63,099 bases of DNA, filler included, from Octopus bimaculoides (GCF_001194135.2; 6 parts of 4 records of this genome joined end to end with filler, not necessarily neighbours in it); one strand, 5' to 3'. Shown: positions 15,651 to 27,699, counted from the first letter of the whole stretch. The notes: a model not told the origin generated them from the letters alone. Numbers and translations: made by a program.

Positions 15651-16062
15651 TTTTACTCGTTGCAGTTATTGGACTGCGGCCATGCTGGGGCACTGCCTTG
15701 AAGAGTTTTAGATGAGCGATTCGCTGCCAGTACTCATATAGCTTTTTTTGTTTGTTTTTTTTTTAGTATGTTTTTTATAGCCTGATTCATATTCTATCGG
15801 TTCTTTTGCCGAGCTGCTTAGGTTACATGGACGTAAACAAACCAGCACTGGTTGTCAAGCGGTGTTAGGGATCACACACACACACATACAGGCTAAGGCC
15901 GACTAAGATCTTATGAATGGATTTGCTAGACAGAAACTTGAAAGATGCCTGTCGTGTCTGCGCGTGTATAAACAGAAGAAAACGCTTGTTGCCCGAAGTG
16001 CCGCGCTGTAAGACTGAACCCGGAACCATGTGGTTGGGAAGCAAACTTCTTACCACACAACT
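15651..16062 (-). mobile_element. SINE family 2 (bipartite, internal microsatellite), diverged full-length copy
   Basis: Same layout as the 34977-35410 copy: tRNA-like head GTGTGGTAAG...GGTTCCGGGTTCAGTC and tail CCAGCATGGCCGCAGTC...GAGTAAAA. Confidence 0.8.
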
Positions 16063-16085
16063 ATATTTACACATGATATGATATG

Positions 16086-16124
<39 letters not shown>

Positions 16125-16451
16125 NNNNNNNNNNNNNNNNNNNNNNNNNNNNNNNNNNNNNNNNNNNNNNNNNNNNNNNNNNNNNNNNNNNNNNNNNNNN
16201 NNNNNNNNNNNNNNNNNNNNNNNNNNNNNNNNNNNNNNNNNNNNNNNNNNNNNNNNNNNNNNNNNNNNNNNNNNNNNNNNNNNNNNNNNNNNNNNNNNNN
16301 NNNNNNNNNNNNNNNNNNNNNNNNNNNNNNNNNNNNNTATATAAACATAATTAAGGGATCAGCAACAGTTGCTTCAACACAACACATAACGAAATTTAGA
16401 AATAGCAGTTAAAGTGCTAATTCTACTACTAAAATTAGTCTATATATGTGT

Positions 16452-16650
16452 ATCTGTGTTTGTCCCCCCAGCATCGCTTGACAAGCGATGCAGGTGTGTT
16501 TGCGTCCCCGTACCATAGCTGTTCGGCAAAAGAGACCGATAGAATAAGTACTAGGCTTCCAAAGAATAAGTCCTGGGGTCGATTTGCTCGACTAAAAAGG
16601 CGGTGCTCCAGCATGGCCGCAGTCAAATGACTGAAACAAGTAAAAGAGTA
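16452..16650 (+). mobile_element. SINE family 2, 3' half
   Basis: CATCGCTTGACAAGCGATG...GAATAAGTACTAGGC...GGGGTCGATTTGCTCGAC...CAGCATGGCCGCAGTCAAATGACTGAAACAAGTAAAAGAGTA. Homologous pieces lie at ~21070-21275, 23105-23300, 25525-25690 and 43430-43545. Confidence 0.85.
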
Positions 16651-16967
16651 AAGATATATATATATATATATATAAAGGGAATTTTGTCCTAATGTTGTTT
16701 ATCGATCAACTTTATTATTGTTGATATTATATTGGTTCGTCTTCTGTTACGGTGATATGTTTTACACGGTGGAAAAACGCCCTTCTTCGGAGCAAGTATT
16801 AAAGCTTTCGGTGATTCAATCGAGTAAGACTGTTGAATGAGGAGATTGAGAAACGGTTTCGAATCCTAGTCGAATGCTTGTTCAATGCTGTTCGCGTTAC
16901 TCAAGCTCTTATGAAAGAGAAACTTGAAGATAAAAAAGGCAGGTAAATCAGACAGACAGACAGATAC

Positions 16968-17120
16968 ATTTCTTTTATTAGCCACACAGGGCTCAACAAA
17001 GATGGGACAAATACAATGTAGAGCTTTTCTTCTCGGGAGGGGGAAAGGAAAAAAAAGTAGGGGGTGTCGATCAAAAGGGATCGTAGGAAAGAAAAACGGG
17101 GATCGAGAGAAAAAAAAAAG
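16968..17120 (-). mobile_element. Tx1/L1-like LINE 3' end fragment
   Basis: Minus strand ends ...TTGTCCCATCTTTGTTGAGCCCTGTGTGGCTAATAAAAGAAA. This matches the terminal motif following the ORF2 C-terminus at 39487-39530. Confidence 0.55.
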
Positions 17121-17510
17121 ACAGATAGATAGATAGATAGATAGATTAATTGATTGATTGATAGTATAAGAGAAAGTTATATAATTATTTTCTGCATCAT
17201 CCTGAAACTGCGGGATATCTGTGTCCCCATCAAAAGACACTAATCTGACCACTCATCCACGACCCTCACCAATGAGGGTTTATAACCTCACTTTCTTTCC
17301 TTTGCATGTTTTATAATCTTTCAAAAATTTTTCCCTCTTTTTTTTTTCTTCTTTCGTTCATCACATTTTTGGGGACCTTCTCTGTCGATCCCGCTTTCTA
17401 TCTATCTCTCTCTCTCTCTCTTTCCTCTAATCTTTGTTTTTCTAATTGTTTCTTTCTTCCTTCCTTCTTTCAATCTGTTTTTCTTTTCTGTATTCCTTCT
17501 CCCCCCCCCC

Positions 17511-17610
17511 NNNNNNNNNNNNNNNNNNNNNNNNNNNNNNNNNNNNNNNNNNNNTTAATTAATTAANNNNNNNNNNNNNNNNNNNNNNNNNNNNNNNNNN
17601 NNNNNNNNNN
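17511..17610. other. Artificial scaffold-joining spacer (N44 + TTAATTAATTAA + N44)
   Basis: Exactly 100 bp, with a six-frame stop 12-mer at 17555-17566. The same construct recurs five times. Confidence 0.97.
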
Positions 17611-17656
<46 letters not shown>

Positions 17657-17659
<3 letters not shown>

Positions 17660-18657
17660 AGAATTTGTTGTTGAATATGCACCTAAATTTGAAAAACTTT
17701 TAATTGCTTTTAAATAAATCTATTTACATACACCCCAAACTAGTTTCAACAATTTTTTTTTGTTTATCAATGGTAAAAAAAGTTAAATTGTGAAGTAGAA
17801 AAACATGTTTAAAAGATTCAATGTTTACAAGATTTAATCATATAAAATATGATTCAAATGTTCATAACATTCAATAATATAAAAAATGTGGATCCTTTTG
17901 TTTAAATGCACAAAATTCAATAGTTTTAAAAGTGATCGATAAGAAATGTGGACTCTCAAAGGTTCGGTCATACTGAGTCAAGAGTCACTGGTATCAAATA
18001 CGATTTAAATGTTCACAACATTCAATAATATAAAAAATGTAAGTCATCTTGTTTAAATGTACAAAATTCAATAGTGTTAGAAGTGATCGATAAGAAATGT
18101 GATCAAAACAGAACTTCAGTAAATACAACAAAATGACCCTTTAAGAGAATCAACCAACTGGAACGGTTGATGACCGTTCCCTACACAGAGGTAAACCAGG
18201 CAGAACGACAAACTTGACCACTTATCGATCACTTCTAACACTATTGAATTTTGTACATTTAAACAAGATAGCCCACAATTTTTTTATATTATTGAATGTT
18301 GTGAACATTTAAATCATATTTGATATTAGTGACTCTTGACTCAGTATGACCGAACCATTGAGGATCCACATTTGTTATCGATCACTTCTAAAACTATTGA
18401 ATGTTGTACATTTAAACAAAATGATCCAAATCTTTTATGCTATTGAATGTTATGACCTTTTGAATCATATTTGATATTGAATCTTGTAAACATTGAATCT
18501 TTTAAGCATGTTTTTCTACTTCACAATTTTAAATTTTTACCCTTGATAAACAAAAAATATTGTTGAAACTAGTTTGGTAGGTATGTAAATAGATTTATTT
18601 AAAAACAATTAAAAGGTTTTTCAAATTTAGGTGCAGCTTCAACAACAAATTCTCCTA
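17657..18657. mobile_element. Foldback-like non-autonomous DNA transposon with ~435-bp TIRs
   Basis: Arms 17658-18094 and 18221-18655 are diverged reverse complements (GGAGAATTTGTTGTTGAA...TTCAACAACAAATTCTCC). Each arm holds two ~150-bp-period subrepeats. The 126-bp core has a hairpin at 18160-18180. Confidence 0.9.
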
Positions 18658-19439
18658 TATTTTTTTCCTGCGTGGAAATACACCTCCTCTTTTGTTAGAG
18701 AGAGATACAAAGCACGATTTATTCAGAGGCGTTCGTAAACCGAGGTAATACTGTGTTAAATGAATATGAGAAAGACAGGAGATAAAGTACGATTTATTTG
18801 TGATCAGAGTAGGATTTAGTTAAGAAATTGCTTTAAATTTCAGACAGGAGAATAAAATAATCAAGCTTCAAACAGAAGAATAAAAGAATCAGACTTATAA
18901 TGAAATTTAATTCGATCTTCTGTAAATGTTGAACTTGGAATATTTTTTCCGAAATAATCAAAACAAAACGGGAGGAATTGCAAATGATATTAGGTTCGAA
19001 ATAAGAACATCTAAAGATTCAATAACTCTTTTTTATCCAAACTAACCTTGAAACTGCATACTTTGCATAACTATCCATGAATGAAAGAAATAGTTAAGTA
19101 TTGCTACGAAGTACAGTTGTCGAGAAAATAAAGCTCTTATTTCCTAGACTGATTAGTAACGGGTTCATAATCTAATATGGTATATCAGTTGATCATTTAA
19201 TTGCAAGCTAAATTTAAAATTCGGTATGGTATATAACAACAGAATATTACTATAGTTTCAATGAACGAATTTGATTCCTGCTACTTCTAACTACATGGTC
19301 TCCAATCTCCACTAATTATCGAAAAATGTGTATTGTAAAATGATAGGAACTATGATATTAAATAGATAGTCTCTCTCTTCAGAAATTACTGTAAAATTAA
19401 TAACAGAAAGATTTCTTTAAAATTTTAATACTGACTTAC

Positions 19440-19517
19440 TTGTCTAAGTTCTCCATTGGCTGTTCTCCCCATGTAAAACACAGCACCCAACATTACAAAC
19501 AATAACCATGGTGCCAT
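19440..19517 (-). CDS. Putative first coding exon of a secreted or membrane protein (signal peptide)
   Basis: CAACAAA-ATG-G context. 26 codons MAPWLLFVMLGAVFYMGRTANGELRQ have a hydrophobic core and an A-N-G cleavage-like site. They end at a consensus phase-0 donor CAA|GTAAGT. Confidence 0.6.
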
Positions 19518-19997
19518 TTTGTTGGCGATTCTTCCAATTTATTTTGTCTTCTGCTTATTCTTGCTTCAAATAATACTTTGAAATGTTCCAAACATTAAAT
19601 AAATATCACAAGAACCAACAGCGTAGTTACTAGTCAAATATTTAAAGAAAATATTATGTAATATGTATATTACATACGAGCGCACTTGTATACATACATA
19701 ATACTTATATACAACATTCTTGTTATGATTCTTTCATTAAATCTGAGTGATTTGATATCGAGTGGTGACTGAACTTAAGCAGGATCTTTCAAATTTACAT
19801 TCTGAAATACAGGCATTTATTTAAACGACAGTTATTGGGTAAAATGTTTTACGGATAGATTTCCCAAACGTAAACATTATGACTGAACAAATTGGCTTGT
19901 AGAAACAGTTTCCAATTACGTTTTAGAAAATATACTAAATGAAAATGTTAACGTTAATATTAATACACGCACACAAATACATACATATACATACATA

Positions 19998-20098
<101 letters not shown>

Positions 20099-20967
20099 TT
20101 GAAAATGTGTGAAATCCTTGTTACAGTTAGGTATATTTGAAAAAGGAAAAGAATAAATTCAATGGTAGTTCTAATTAGTTTAATTTTCTAATAATATAAG
20201 TTAATTTTACAATTTGGCTTCTGTAATAGTATATATTATACTATTAGAAAGTTAAAATCATTAGAACTACAAGTGAAGTCATTCTTATATATATATCTGT
20301 AATGATTATTCACTCCCTGATAGTAAACTGCAGATTTTCTGTGGCGCACATGGTGAATCTTGAGGATGGATGCGGACATACTCGTCTATATAAATTCGGA
20401 AATGCTGTTTTTCTTATGTGATGTTCGATGTCGCCTGATCGGCCATGCATAGTTTTTGTCAGCATTTTCAAATTTATAATCTGGAATATCATGCTGAAGA
20501 AGGAAATGAATTTTTACCATTCTAATCCCGAAACGCGTACATGATTGCCTAAAGCTGGTTGGTTTCATTATTTTTTCTTCATTTTTGCCTATGTAAGTTA
20601 CAAGTATTGCTATTTGTGGAGACATATTGTAGTAGAAAAATTAGTACTTTAACTGCTATTTCTAAATTTCGGTATGTGGTGAAGCAGCTTTTGCTGATCC
20701 CTTAATTATGTTTTGTATATATATATATATATATATNNNNNNNNNNNNNNNNNNNNNNNNNNNNNNNNNNNNNNNNNNNNNNNNNNNNNNNNNNNNNNNN
20801 NNNNNNNNNNNNNNNNNNNNNNNNNNNNNNNNNNNNNNNNNNNNNNNNNNNNNNNNNNNNNNNNNNNNNNNNNNNNNNNNNNNNNNNNNNNNNNNNNNNN
20901 NNNNAGAAGACCGTCGTATATGTATGTCTCGCAGCCACTTGGCTGAAACACATAAATAAATAAATAA

Positions 20968-21022
<55 letters not shown>

Positions 21023-21520
21023 TGTGTGTGTGTATTTATATATGTATACATATATAACAGATGTGTGTGTGTCTTCGTGTCTGTGTTGTCCCCCACTATC
21101 GCTTGATAATCGGTGGTGGTGTGTCTTTACGTCCACATAACTTACCGGTTCGGCAAAAGAGACGAATAGACTAAGTACCAGGTTTAACAAAAACATAAGT
21201 ACTGGGTGTCGATTCATTCAAATAAAAATTGTTCAAGACAATGCCCCAGTATGGCCGCATTCTAATGACAGAGCCAAAGGATAATATATATGTGTGTGCG
21301 CGCGTGTGTGTTATTTTACAAAGTTAGAGGTATCAGCGCAGTTGTGCAGAGACCATATGAATCCCTCGTGACAAAACATAAACATATCCTGGACCAAAAT
21401 CTGCACAAGGCATATGCGTCAAGCATATATTATATATCATGTTTCAAAGTTACTGGCTTTTATGCAATTAAGTAAAGACTAATTATATTATGATACTTTG
21501 ATTCACTTTCAGATCAGTAT

Positions 21521-21568
<48 letters not shown>

Positions 21569-21663
21569 TGTGTGCGTGTATGTATGTATATTAGAAAACC
21601 TCCCGGGGATGATGTTTCACTTTTTGTATATAATATATGGAGATATAAACGAATATAATTCGA

Positions 21664-21696
<33 letters not shown>

Positions 21697-21823
21697 AGTG
21701 GAAAGACAAGGTTCCGGATTCAGTCCCACTCAGTAGCATCTTGGGCAAGTGTCTTCTATAGCCTCGGGCCCATCAAAGCATTGTAAACAGATTTGATAAA
21801 TGGAAACTGGAAGAAGCCTGTCG

Positions 21824-21898
<75 letters not shown>

Positions 21899-23734
21899 NN
21901 NNNNNNNNNNNNNNNNNNNNNNNNNNNNNNNNNNNNNNNNNNNNNNNNNNNNNNNNNNNNNNNNNNNNNNNNNNNNNNNNNNNNNNNNNNNNNNNNNNNN
22001 NNNNNNNNNNNNNNNNNNNNNNNNNNNNNNNNNNNNNNNNNNNNNNNNNNNNNNNNNNNNNNNNNNNNNNNNNNNNNNNNNNNNNNNNNNNNNNNNNNNN
22101 NNNNNNNNNNNNNNNNNNNNNNNNNNNNNNNNNNNNNNNNNNNNNNNNNNNNNNNNNNNNNNNNNNNNNNNNNNNNNNNNNNNNNNNNNNNNNNNNNNNN
22201 NNNNNNNNNNNNNNNNNNNNNNNNNNNNNNNNNNNNNNNNNNNNNNNNNNNNNNNNNNNNNNNNNNNNNNNNNNATATATATATATATACTCACCGCTCA
22301 ACGACACGCATGACTGATAACTTCTACCCTCCAAAAGAAAACGCTTGACATCTTTTTAATAACACCAACAAGTAAAGGAAAATGCTACCCAACTAAATCG
22401 TACTACTTTTATTCTTTTGTGAGCATGACACTACAGCTAAGTCGATGACATGAAGCTAACACGCCTAAATAATCGTCCCTAGTTATAAAAGTTTAAATGC
22501 TGGAGTGAACTCGTATCTTTAACCTTCACACTCTCAAAACAAGAAGTTAAATCTATTAGTATCCAAATAAAACCAACAGCAACAACTAAACTTAGTGACA
22601 CACTTGCTGACCAAAAACCCCTTCTACCGATCTACAATTTTTGCGAACCTCTAAACTACAACGCTGTGACCTGAAGATGACACATCTAAACAGACACATC
22701 CGATTGCATAGTTCTATATGCATAAATAAATTCTTAACAACAACACAACCCAAAATTGAATCAAAACTTTTCCATAACACTTCACCATCACAACCTAATT
22801 ATCATTCAAAGAAAGTTTTAATTTAACAGAAACCATATAAAGTCAAGATGAACTCAAATATACAACAGTCTCATGATGGGTTAGCTGGTCAAAACTTCGA
22901 AGTCACTGTTAATACTGCTCTTGCTGAAGAATAATAAATTTAAATTCTACTAAAAGTATTGAACGATCCTTCAGTTTAATGTAAAATTGTTATTACAACA
23001 AAACAAATATTAATATATGTATATATACACACACCCTTTCACCCATATATGCACACACACACACACATATATACAGAGACAGACAGACAGACAGACAGAC
23101 AGTCAGTGTCTGTTTGACCCCTCACATCGCTTGACAACCGATGCTGGTGTGTTTACGTCCCCGTAACATAGCGGTTCGGCAAAAGAAACCGATAGAATAA
23201 GTACTAGGTTAACAAAGAATAAGTCCTGGGGTCGATTTACTCGACTAAAGGTGGTGCTCCAGCATGGCTGCAGTCAAATAACAGGAACAAGTAAAAGAGG
23301 AACAATAAGGGAGGAAGATGGAATTGGTACGATTGTACTAAGTATCTAGATTACGTAGTCGTTCTATGTTGATAGAAGAGAAGAAAGCGTGCTAGAAAGA
23401 GAGAGAATAATAGTAATAATAATAGTATATGGTAAGGCTTGACTTGTTTTAATATTTGTTTGTGCACATGTTGGGATAGGTAACGTACGTCATTGGTTTG
23501 ACCTTAGGCACAGTAGGCTTTTCCTTAATGAATTCAGATGTCAAGGGGCATGGGAGTAAATTTTGTTTAGATGTTGTCGGTTCGAAATGTTTGCTAGCCA
23601 ACAACCTGGGAAATTAGGATTGGCTTATGTCCTTAGATCTGAGTTGAAATTTATTGTTCACTTAAAAGGTTATGTTAACTCATGTTTGCGGCACAATTAG
23701 TAATTCAATGATCCAGTAGGCTCAGCTATTACTG

Positions 23735-23788
<54 letters not shown>

Positions 23789-24369
23789 TCATAACACAGT
23801 GTAAGTAAAAATGCACCGGAGTCTTTAGTCATCTGTCAAGTCACAACAAGGACTTCAGACAAATAATACTTCCCATAAGATGGGCACTGTGCCCAATATC
23901 GCTGCTTTTTGTAAGACATCAATCTTGCATAGGATTTCCAGTTGCCTTAAGAAGTCTTGAAGTTTCAATGGGATTGAACCCAACGCTCCGATCATCACTG
24001 GTATCACTTTTACATTACCTTCTCGCATTCCATACAGTCTTGCCATTTCCACTTTCAATTCGGAGTACTTGGTGATGTTTTTCAATCTCTTTACTCACAA
24101 CATTCATGTCATTTGGTATGGCTACATCAATGATCTCATAGTATTTGTCTCTCTTATTCAATAAGACAATATCCGGCCGACGGTGTTCGATTACACAATC
24201 CGTCTGAAAATCATAGTCCTGGAGTATCGTTACTTTTCCACCCTCCTGCATAACTTTACTTGGTACATGCTCATACCAGTTCTCTGTTACTTCATATTGG
24301 TATTTACGGCGTAAGAGCCAATGAAGATACACACACATTTTATCGTGGTGGCGCTTGTATTAATATTAA

Positions 24370-24414
<45 letters not shown>
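23735..24414 (-). mobile_element. 5'-truncated R4/Dong-clade non-LTR retrotransposon (restriction-like endonuclease domain + 3'UTR) inside (TAA)n
   Basis: HDKMCVYLHW...WYEHVPSKV...TD..IEHRRPDIVL...IIDVAIPND.NV..KEIEK / ITKYSELK.E..R...VIPVMIGALGS...LQKAAILGT..IL.EVL* carries the PD-(D/E)xK RLE motif with one frameshift near 24080. A ~66-nt 3'UTR ends GAAATAATAATAA. (TAA)n tracts lie at 23735-23788 and ~24369-24414. Confidence 0.9.
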
Positions 24415-24715
24415 CATTCTGTTTCCATTTCTTGTCGAGTGTCTTCCTGACACCTAGGGCAGAGAAACGTACTGTATATTAAAACAAGGCCATTAAAACA
24501 AGCACACCAGATTGTTCATTTACGGAGTCATGTGATAGAGAAAAAGGAAAAAATAAAAAAATAGAAAAGTAAACAAATAAAATAAAGGGCGGGGAAATGG
24601 AAAGAAAATTTAGAGAGACAATGCTCTTCTCAAAACGTGTGACGTACCAGTTATGACAATCTTTTGCTCTTCTTGCATGGATGGTAATCCAGGATCATTC
24701 TTGAATAATTTTCAA

Positions 24716-24928
24716 AGGCGGCGAGCTGGCAGAATCGTTAGCACGCTGGACGAAATGCTTAGCGGTGTTTCGCCCGTCGCTACGGTCTGAGTTCAAATTC
24801 CGCAGAAGTCGATTTTGTTTTTCATCTTTTCGGAGTCCATTAAATAAGTAGCAGTTATGCACTGGGGTCGATGTAATCGACTTAATCCCTTCCCCCAAAT
24901 TTCAGGCCTTGTGTCTATAGTAGAAAGG

Positions 24929-24978
<50 letters not shown>
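24716..24978 (+). mobile_element. SINE family 1 (tRNA-derived), full copy with (ATT)n tail
   Basis: Head AGGCGGCGAGCTGGCAGAATCGTTAGC (A box), GAGTTCAAATTCC (B box), core ...AATAAGTAGCAG...GGGGTCGATGTAATCGAC, tail GCCTTGTGTCTATAGTAGAAAGG(ATT)n. Confidence 0.9.
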
Positions 24979-24981
<3 letters not shown>

Positions 24982-25259
24982 ATTTATCCTAATTTATATC
25001 GGCACAGCTCGGTACTGCCCCATAAAGTTGCTGTTGCAAGTTAGATTTGCAAGGCGGTAACTGACATAATAGCATTAGCGCTTCTGTGTGCGTATTCAAA
25101 AACGTGCTCCGTAAACGAACTTAAAGAATATATACATATATTTCTGGCCGAAATAGGATTAATGTAATGTAATGTAATATAAAGCTGAAGCAAATTAACA
25201 CCAAATATACAGTGCGTGTGTTTTTATTGGCTAAACTGGCAATATGACCATCTCCAAGT

Positions 25260-25295
<36 letters not shown>

Positions 25296-25932
25296 NNNNN
25301 NNNNNNNNNNNNNNNNNNNNNNNNNNNNNNNNNNNNNNNNNNNNNNNNNNNNNNNNNNNNNNNNNNNNNNNNNNNNNNNNNNNNNNNNNNNNNNNNNNNN
25401 NNNNNNNNNNNNNNNNNNNNNNNNNNNNNNNNNNNNNNNNNNNNNNNNNNNNNNNNNNNNNNNNNNNNNNNNNNNNNNNNNNNNNNNNNTATGTATGTAT
25501 GTATGTATATATAGATAGATATATTTGTGTGTCTGTGTTTGTCTCCCCACCATCGCTTGACAACCTATGCTAGTTTGTTTACTTCCCCGTAAACTAGTGG
25601 TTCGGCAAAAGAGACCGATAGAATAAGTACTAGGCTTACAAAAGATTAAGTCTTGGGGTCAGCATGGCCGCAGTCAAATGACTGAAACAAACAATGCGTG
25701 TGTGTGTGATGGGTTTCCACAAGGTTTCCATGAACCAAATTCAGTCACAAGTTATTAATCGGCCCGTATCTATAGTAAAATACATTAACCCGAGGTGCCG
25801 CGCTGCGGGACTGATACCAAAACCATGTAGTTGGAAGGCGAGCGCATTCAGTGTTAAATAAATATCTTACATATACCCCTCAGCCACTAGAAAATAAATA
25901 TGTCTCATATATTTTGATTGCATCGTCAATAT

Positions 25933-26325
25933 GTGTGTTGTGTGTTGGCACTCCATCGCTTACGACGTCGAGGGTTCCAATTGATCCGATCAACGGAACA
26001 GCCTGCTCGTGAAATTAACGTGCAAGTGACTGAGCACTCCACAGACAGACACGTGTACCCCTAAAGTAGTTCTCGGGGATATTCAGTGTGACACAGTGTG
26101 ACAAGGCTGACCCTTTGAATTACAGGTACAGCAGAAACAGGAAGTAAGAGTGAGAGAAAGTTGTGGTGGAAGAGTACAGCAGGGTTCGCCACCATCCCGT
26201 GTCGGAGCTTCGTGGAGCTTTACGTGTTTTCGCTCAATAAACACTCACAACGCCCGGTCTGGGAATCGAAACCGCGATCCTATGACCGCGAGTCCGGTGC
26301 CCTAACCACTGGGCCATTGCGCCTC
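25933..26325 (-). mobile_element. SINE family 3, full-length, with 12-bp TSD
   Basis: tRNA head GGAGGCGCAATGGCCCAGTGGTTAGGGC...GGTTTCGATTCCC on the minus strand. CATCGTCAATAT is repeated at 25921-25932 and 26326-26337. Confidence 0.92.
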
Positions 26326-26757
26326 CATCGTCAATATAATCACGTTGAAAACTACATGAGAGTCAATTTAATGCGCAATGTAGATTTTTATGTAATATTC
26401 GCAAATAGTTGTCCTTTTCGTTTTATTCATCTATTTATTTCTAGAAATGATGTAAACCCTTCCACATACAGTACATGACCCAGTGAATCTTTTATTTAAG
26501 ACTAGGTTGTGGTGGAAGGAAGATTTTACTGTTAAGAGTAACTTGTGTTTGTTCTTTAGACTTAAGCATTCGCCATGGCAAGTTGTTATTCATGCGTTCA
26601 TTTCCTCAGGCGATATAGCATCATATTTTTCAGTTTTGCTTGATTAGACTTAAGTACATTATTGAGACGTGTAAAATGGGAGCGTTTTGCCATTTATATC
26701 CTTTAAATGCTCAGCAGCGGAATTAAGGGGAATCGAAACCAAGTAGTAGAACAAACT

Positions 26758-27153
26758 GTTGTTGTTGTTGTTGTTACTCCGTCGCTTACGACAACGAGGG
26801 TTCCAGTTGATCCGATCAACGGAACTGCCTGCTCGTGAAATTAACGTGCAAGTGGCTGAGCATTCCAAAGACACGTGTACCCCTAAAGTAGTTCTCGGGG
26901 ATATTCAGCGTGACACAGTGTGACAAGGCTGACCCTTTGAATTGCAGGCACAACAACAGAAACAGGAAGTAAGAGTGAGAGAAAGTTGTGGTGAAAGAGT
27001 ACAGCAGGGTTCGCCACCATCTCCTACCGGAGCCTCGTGGAACTTTAGGTGTTTTCGCTCAATAAACACTAAAAACTCCCGGTCTGGGAATCGAAACCGC
27101 GATCCTATGACCGCGAGTCCGCTACCCTAACCACTAGGCCATTGCGCCTCCAC
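26758..27153 (-). mobile_element. SINE family 3, full-length, (CAA)n tail, 13-bp TSD
   Basis: Closely similar to 25933-26325. AGTAGAACAAACT is repeated at 26745-26757 and 27154-27166. Confidence 0.92.
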
Positions 27154-27699
27154 AGTAGAACAAACTAACCCAGAAGCTTATCGTTTTCTCTTCGGGAGGT
27201 CACTACTGCCAGATACACAATTAACAGTGAATCCTGCTGATGAGTATCGAACTCGCTATTCCGGTGTTACAATACTGAATATTTAAAATGGTTTCTTTTT
27301 TAAGACACATGTCTAGTAATTTTGAAAGGAAGGGGTTAATTGATACTAATGTTCTCAGAGAGATGAAAAGCAAAGTTGACCATGGCAGGTTTTGAACTCA
27401 GAATGTGAAAAAGCTGGGTTAAATACCAATTTCTTTATTACCCACAAGGGGCTAAACACAGATGGGACAATACACACATGCGGGGACAATTAACACATGC
27501 TAGCTAGGTTAAATACCTCAAAGCATTTTTTCACAACACTCTTCGACATTAATCATCACACCCCTTATTGAATATTTATAATAAACTTCATTTGAATAAA
27601 TCTGCTGCCGCGTGCACTAAGTGACGTATTTAAAAGAGAACAGCTTCACGAAAAAAATTTACACAACACAGTTCGTGCGTCGTGGACGCCAATTACTAT

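Noticed and set aside
17555-17566. Recurrent TTAATTAATTAA motif (and 'LIN*' ORF endings) as a biological element
   Set aside because: It is always centred in exactly 44+44 N. It is an assembly spacer with stops in six frames.
26280-26325. tRNA genes at SINE heads
   Set aside because: They have A/B boxes but no complete cloverleaf or acceptor stem, and they continue into SINE bodies with TSDs.
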